Part shown: positions 59,230-64,000 of the stretch, piece after piece
Numbering within the stretch: position 1 is the stretch's first letter
Layout: each line of letters begins with the position of its first letter
NCBI GenBank assembly: GCA_045863335.1
Contig: BTVY01000027.1
Span: 1 to 64,000, forward strand
Origin: Candidatus Hydrogenedentota bacterium
GTDB lineage: Bacteria; Hydrogenedentota; Hydrogenedentia; Hydrogenedentales; SLHB01
Direction: 5' to 3'
Length of the DNA stretch: 64,000 nucleotides
The notes under the pieces: model-generated
Database searches by the model: none
Told to the model about the DNA's origin: nothing
Seen by the model: only the letters and a program-made list of their open reading frames with translations
Program-made: the position numbers and the translations under genes

Positions 59230-62200
59230 CTCTCCCGCTTACGATACCGCGGTAAGCGCGGCAATCGGATTCGATGAAATAGTCCCGGGGGAAGCTCTGC
59301 GCCCTCCGGTGGATTCATCCGGAATTCCCGTTCTTTCATCCAGCAATACACCACGGGCGTCATGAACAGCGTGATGATCTCGATGGTCATCCCGCCGAAC
59401 GACGGCAAGGCCATGGGCACCATGATGTCGGCGCCCCGGCCCGTCGAGGTCAGTACCGGCATCAACGCGAGGATGGTCGTTGCTGTCGTCATCAGGCAGG
59501 GCCGGATTCGGCGTTTGCCCGCTTCGAGCGTCGCATTTCGGATATCGTCAATGGATTTGATTTCGCCTTTCTCGAAGCTCTGGTCCAGGTATGTCGCAAT
59601 CACCACATTATCATCCGACGCCACTCCGAAAAGCGCGAGGAAGCCGACCCAGATTGCGACGCTCAGATTGATGGGATGCACCTGGAAGAGTTCGCGCAGG
59701 TGAATGCCCATAATCGTCACATCGAGAAACCAGGGTTGTCCGTACAACCAAAGCAGCACGAAGCCCCCCGACCAGGCGACAAGGATACTCGAAAATACGA
59801 GCAAGGTAGTCCAGTACGAAGAGAACTGGAAGTAGAGGATCAGGAAGATCAGAAACAACGAAATGGGCAGCACCAGAGACAGCGTCTTCTGAGCGCGAAG
59901 CTGGTTCTCGTAATTCCCGGCGAAGGTGTAGCTCACCCCCGCGGGAAGCGACCACTCGCCGCTGGCCAGCTTGCCGTCGAGGTACGTCTTCGCGCTCTCG
60001 ACCACATCGACCTCCGCGAATCCGGGCTTCTTGTCGAACAACACGTAGCTGACCAGGAACGTGTCTTCGCTCTTGATCGCCATGGGGCCGCGCACATACT
60101 GGATATCCGCCAACTGGCCCAATGGGATCTGTGCGCCGTCCATCGAGGGCACCAGGATGCGCTCCAGGCTTTCCAGTTGGTCGCGCAACTCGCGCTTGTA
60201 CCGCACGCGCACGGGGTAGCGCTCGCGCCCCTCGACGGTCGTCGTAATCGAGGTCCCGCCGATGGCGACTTCAATCACATCCTGCACGTCGCGAATGGTA
60301 AGGCCGTACCGCGCGATCGCGTTGCGGTCGATGTCGATCTCGAGATACGGGTTGCCCACCACCCGGTCGGCGATCACCGCCGCGGGTTCCACGCCGGGCA
60401 CTGCTTTGAGGAACTGCTCGATCTCGAGACCTACCTCTTCGATGGTTTCCAGGTTCGGCCCCTTTACCTTGACCCCCATCGGCGCGCGCATGCCGCTTTG
60501 CAGCATCACGATGCGCGCCGCGATCGGTTGCAGTCGCGGGGCGGACGTGGTTCCGGGGATTCCCGCCGCTTTGACGATCTCGTCCCAGATGTCGTCCGCC
60601 GTGCGAATGTGCTCGCGCCACTGCCGGTAGGCTTTTCCTTTCGGATCGGGTATCAGTTCACCGTTCTCGTCCCGGACGAACTCGTCCGTTTCCTCGTCGT
60701 ACGTGAAGGTGAGCCGCCGGCCGGACTCGTCGGTCTTGTACTCCGACTTGTAGTTGACCACCGTCTCAATCATGCTGATCGGCGCCGGGTCCAAGGGGCT
60801 TTCCGCGCGGCCGAGTTTCCCGACCACCATGTCCACTTCGGGAATGGACGAAATCGCCCGATCCTGCAACTGGATGATCTCGAGCGCTTCCCCGATGCTC
60901 GCATGCGGCATGGTCGTCGGCATGTACAGGTACGACCCCTCGTCCAGCGGAGGCATGAACTCTTTCCCAAATCCAGGGAACTTGTGATAGGCCCAGGACC
61001 ACAGCCGATTTTGCTGCACGGCGTCCTTGCCGATGCCAATCGCTTCCGCAGCGCGCGGGACGAATCCAAACACGGTCCCGAATCCCAGCCACGCGCTGGC
61101 ACCGGCGAGCAGGATAAGAACCGGCATCGCCATATAGACGCCCTTATGACGGAGAAAAAAGCGCAGCAACGGTTCGTATACCAGTTGGAATAACAGGAAG
61201 AACCCCAGCAATCCGCCCACCAATATGGTCACAAACGTCAGGTTCAGCGCCATCCCGCGAGACGGACCCAGGGGAAGCCAGTCGTTGGTGAGCAGTACCA
61301 CTACCAACACCACCGCCACCAGGTTCGCCGCCCATGGTCCCAGCTTGCGGACGTTCCGCGGCAGACGGCCCTCGAACAAGTGGTACAGACCCATGCCGAT
61401 CAGGATGAGTCCCGCCCACCACGCGACCAGGAAGAACACCACGACGCCAGCCAGCGTCAACACCATCAACGTCGCGCGCTTGAGCCAGTCCGACGTAAAC
61501 TTTCCCGCAAGGAGGATATGGGCAAGCGCGGGGATGATCGTCAAGGCGACGATAACCGACGCAATCAACGCGAAAGTCTTGGTAAAGGCGAGCGGTTTGA
61601 AGAGCTTGCCTTCCGCGCCGATCATCGTGAAGACGGGGAGGAAGCTGATCACCGTCGTCGAGATGGCCGTGATGACGGCTTTCCCGACTTCGCTTGCGGC
61701 GCGGTAGACCACGTGGAGCCGATCCTCCTCCGGGTCCGCCTCGTCGAGGTGCTTCAGCACGTTTTCGCAAATGATGATCCCCATGTCGACCACGGTGCCG
61801 ATAGCGATTGCGATGCCCGAGAGCGCCACAATGTTGGCATCGACGCCGAAAGTCTTCATGGCGATGAAGGTGGTCAGCACCGTGAGCGGAAGCACGAGGC
61901 TGATGAGGATCGAACTGCGCAGATGGACCACCATGATGATAATCACGATGACCGTGATGAGAATCTGCTGAACGATCGCTTCGTTGAGCGTGCCGAGCGT
62001 CTCGTAGATCAGCCCGGTGCGGTCGTAGAACGGCACGATGGTTACCTGGCTCAAGGTGACCCACTCCGGCCACTCATCGCGTGGCGTCTGCCGCAGCCAG
62101 GAAACCCAGCTATCCTGATCGATTCCGGGTCCCCCCGTCTCCATCAACTCCTGCGACCGCGCGAACTGCGACACTTCTTCCGCGCTCACCTTGTGGTAGT

Positions 62201-63254
62201 CCACGACCGCCCGGACGGGCAGCCCCGCCGCGATCTCGCCGATTCTGGCTTTGACGTTCTTAATGGCCTGCAGCGGGTTGTACCCGTACCGGACCACAAC
62301 CACACCGCCCACGACCTCCGCGCCTTCCTTGTCCAGCACGCCGCGCCGCATCTCGGGTCCGAGCGCGACCGTCGCGATGTCCTTCACGTAGATGGGCACG
62401 TTGTCGTTCACGCGGACGACCGTGTTCTCGATGTCGGCGATGTGCTCGATGAAGCCGAGGCCGCGGATGATGTACTCGACCTTGTTGATCTCGATCGTCC
62501 GCGCCCCCACGTCGACGTTGGACATGCGGACCGCATTGAAGACGTCCTCCAGCGTGACCTTGTACGCGCGCATGGCGTCGGGGTCGACGTCGATCTGGTA
62601 CTCCTGCACGTAGCCGCCGACGGACGCCACTTCGCTGACGCCGCCCGCGCTGAGCAGGGCGTAACGGACCTGCCAGTCCTGGATGCTGCGCAGTTCATGG
62701 AGGTCCCAGCCGGGTGTTGGATTGCCGTCGGGATCGCGGCCTTCGAGGGTATACCAGTAGACTTGGCCCAAGGCCGTCGCGTCCGGGCCGAGCGCAGGTT
62801 GCACGCCTTCCGGGAGACTCCCTCCGGGCAGGCTGTTGAGCTTCTCCAGAACCCGGCTCCGGGACCAGTAAAACTCGATGTCCTCCTCGAAGATGATAAA
62901 GATGGACGAGAACCCGAAATACGAATAGCTCCGGATCGTCTTCACGCCGGGAATGCCCAGCAGCGCCGTCGTCAACGGGTACGTGACTTGATCCTCGACG
63001 TCCTGGGGCGACCGGCCTTCCCATTCTGTAAAGACGATCTGCTGGTTCTCGCCGATGTCGGGAATGGCATCTACGGCGACGGGGTTCCTGGGCAGCATGC
63101 CGATATCCCAGTCGAACGGCGCAACGATAACGCCCCAAAGCACAACGAAGGCGGTCAACAGCGCGACCACAAGTTTGTGGCGCAGGCAGAACCAGATTAC
63201 CTTATCGACGATGGATTCGGGTTTGGGCTCGCTTCTGACGCGATCGCTACTCAT
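59226..63254 (-). CDS. CusA/CzcA family heavy-metal efflux RND permease
   Basis: VDAIPDIGENQQIVFT, GPDATALGQV, GIAIAIGTVVD, KLFKPLAFTKT, EFMPPLDEG, RIRPCLMT. Confidence 0.95.
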   Translation of the reverse strand: MSSDRVRSEPKPESIVDKVIWFCLRHKLVVALLTAFVVLWGVIVAPFDWDIGMLPRNPVAVDAIPDIGENQQIVFTEWEGRSPQDVEDQVTYPLTTALLGIPGVKTIRSYSYFGFSSIFIIFEEDIEFYWSRSRVLEKLNSLPGGSLPEGVQPALGPDATALGQVYWYTLEGRDPDGNPTPGWDLHELRSIQDWQVRYALLSAGGVSEVASVGGYVQEYQIDVDPDAMRAYKVTLEDVFNAVRMSNVDVGARTIEINKVEYIIRGLGFIEHIADIENTVVRVNDNVPIYVKDIATVALGPEMRRGVLDKEGAEVVGGVVVVRYGYNPLQAIKNVKARIGEIAAGLPVRAVVDYHKVSAEEVSQFARSQELMETGGPGIDQDSWVSWLRQTPRDEWPEWVTLSQVTIVPFYDRTGLIYETLGTLNEAIVQQILITVIVIIIMVVHLRSSILISLVLPLTVLTTFIAMKTFGVDANIVALSGIAIAIGTVVDMGIIICENVLKHLDEADPEEDRLHVVYRAASEVGKAVITAISTTVISFLPVFTMIGAEGKLFKPLAFTKTFALIASVIVALTIIPALAHILLAGKFTSDWLKRATLMVLTLAGVVVFFLVAWWAGLILIGMGLYHLFEGRLPRNVRKLGPWAANLVAVVLVVVLLTNDWLPLGPSRGMALNLTFVTILVGGLLGFFLLFQLVYEPLLRFFLRHKGVYMAMPVLILLAGASAWLGFGTVFGFVPRAAEAIGIGKDAVQQNRLWSWAYHKFPGFGKEFMPPLDEGSYLYMPTTMPHASIGEALEIIQLQDRAISSIPEVDMVVGKLGRAESPLDPAPISMIETVVNYKSEYKTDESGRRLTFTYDEETDEFVRDENGELIPDPKGKAYRQWREHIRTADDIWDEIVKAAGIPGTTSAPRLQPIAARIVMLQSGMRAPMGVKVKGPNLETIEEVGLEIEQFLKAVPGVEPAAVIADRVVGNPYLEIDIDRNAIARYGLTIRDVQDVIEVAIGGTSITTTVEGRERYPVRVRYKRELRDQLESLERILVPSMDGAQIPLGQLADIQYVRGPMAIKSEDTFLVSYVLFDKKPGFAEVDVVESAKTYLDGKLASGEWSLPAGVSYTFAGNYENQLRAQKTLSLVLPISLFLIFLILYFQFSSYWTTLLVFSSILVAWSGGFVLLWLYGQPWFLDVTIMGIHLRELFQVHPINLSVAIWVGFLALFGVASDDNVVIATYLDQSFEKGEIKSIDDIRNATLEAGKRRIRPCLMTTATTILALMPVLTSTGRGADIMVPMALPSFGGMTIEIITLFMTPVVYCWMKEREFRMNPPEGAELPPGLFHRIRLPRLPRYRKRES

Positions 63255-64000
63255 GGGCCGAACCCTCATGGGCGGCGTGATCGTGCGCTGCGTCTTCAGC
63301 GGTGCTGGCGCCGCCGATGCGTCCGGTTACCTCGCCGCAGTTCAACATCTCGCTTCCGAAGTACGGATTCAGCACCTCGTCCGAACTGGCCTGCAGCCAG
63401 TCCGCCCCTTCGAACTCGAACGCCATCGGGCAGTGCACCACGTACGCGTTCTCTCCATCCGGCATTCCGTATGTGCGAAGAACGGCGGTCAATGCCTCGG
63501 AGAACGGTTCGAATGCAACACGAAATGCGTCCATATCCGTGCTGGAAACCAGTTGATCGACGGCCGGATTCAAGGCGACCGCATCCGTTCCGGTCCACTG
63601 CGTGAGCAACGGTTCCGGTAATGCCTCGGACTCAATTGTAGCCAGAGCCGATGCGGCGTTCTTCGCGGCGGCGGTTGCCGCATCGAGATCGTCGCCAGCC
63701 AACGCAGTCTGCACTGCATAATAGGCGTCCAGGACCTTGGCCAACTGATTCCGGAAATCTGCCGGAGCTACGGGCGCGCCAGCGTCTGTGTGTCCTGCGG
63801 GCAACGCGAGCCGTTGCTGCAGTTGCGTCATCGTGTCGGCCATGTGCTGCAATGCTTCCATCTTGTCGTCGGGCGAGGTCGCGTCGCGCAGCGCGATGAT
63901 GTCGTTCTTCAGACGCATCGAGTACTCCATCCAGACCGAATGGGCTTTGGGCGGAAACAGCGTCATGTCCACATTCGCCACCGATTCTTCCAGCGCAATG
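63247..64000 (-). CDS. CusB-like periplasmic adaptor, C-terminal part with DUF3347-like domain (5' end outside window)
   Basis: YYAVQTALAGDD, HCPMAF...ADWLQ....VLNPYFGSEMLNCG; His-rich tail; upstream of the RND permease. Confidence 0.8.
   Translation of the reverse strand, partial: IALEESVANVDMTLFPPKAHSVWMEYSMRLKNDIIALRDATSPDDKMEALQHMADTMTQLQQRLALPAGHTDAGAPVAPADFRNQLAKVLDAYYAVQTALAGDDLDAATAAAKNAASALATIESEALPEPLLTQWTGTDAVALNPAVDQLVSSTDMDAFRVAFEPFSEALTAVLRTYGMPDGENAYVVHCPMAFEFEGADWLQASSDEVLNPYFGSEMLNCGEVTGRIGGASTAEDAAHDHAAHEGSAHE

Overview
High-GC bacterial chromosomal window, largely housekeeping and metabolic, with about 52 protein-coding genes. The gene mix (BlaR1/M56-LRR, several URO-D-fold proteins, many glycan enzymes, flagella) suggests a PVC-like or Candidatus Hydrogenedentota-like anaerobe, but this is inference only. 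Contents: SDR plus GH33 sialidase; BrnTA toxin-antitoxin plus an orphan RHH antitoxin; leuS; YbhB and Zn-ADH; a BlaI + M56-protease-LRR signalling pair with a clear promoter/operator; tRNA-Ala(CGC); a long carbohydrate-utilisation region; a flagellar cluster (fliM, fliN/Y, fliA, FliK-like, FlhB-like); a PAS kinase plus sigma54 activator next to pta-ackA-pdxH; a Tat-DUF362/polyferredoxin pair; and a Cus/Czc-type RND efflux operon truncated at the right edge. No CRISPR array, rRNA or intact transposase was found. Most notable unannotated signals: a 21-aa hydrophobic small-protein gene with its own RBS and terminator (23370-23435, -), a candidate C-rich-loop sRNA (about 34052-34162, -), two near-identical sigma54 promoters with shared upstream TGCGCA boxes, a REP-associated tyrosine-transposase remnant, a tandem degenerate HATPase protein, and several distinct families of short-period or palindromic intergenic repeats. 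All family calls are from motif recognition by eye, not database searches.
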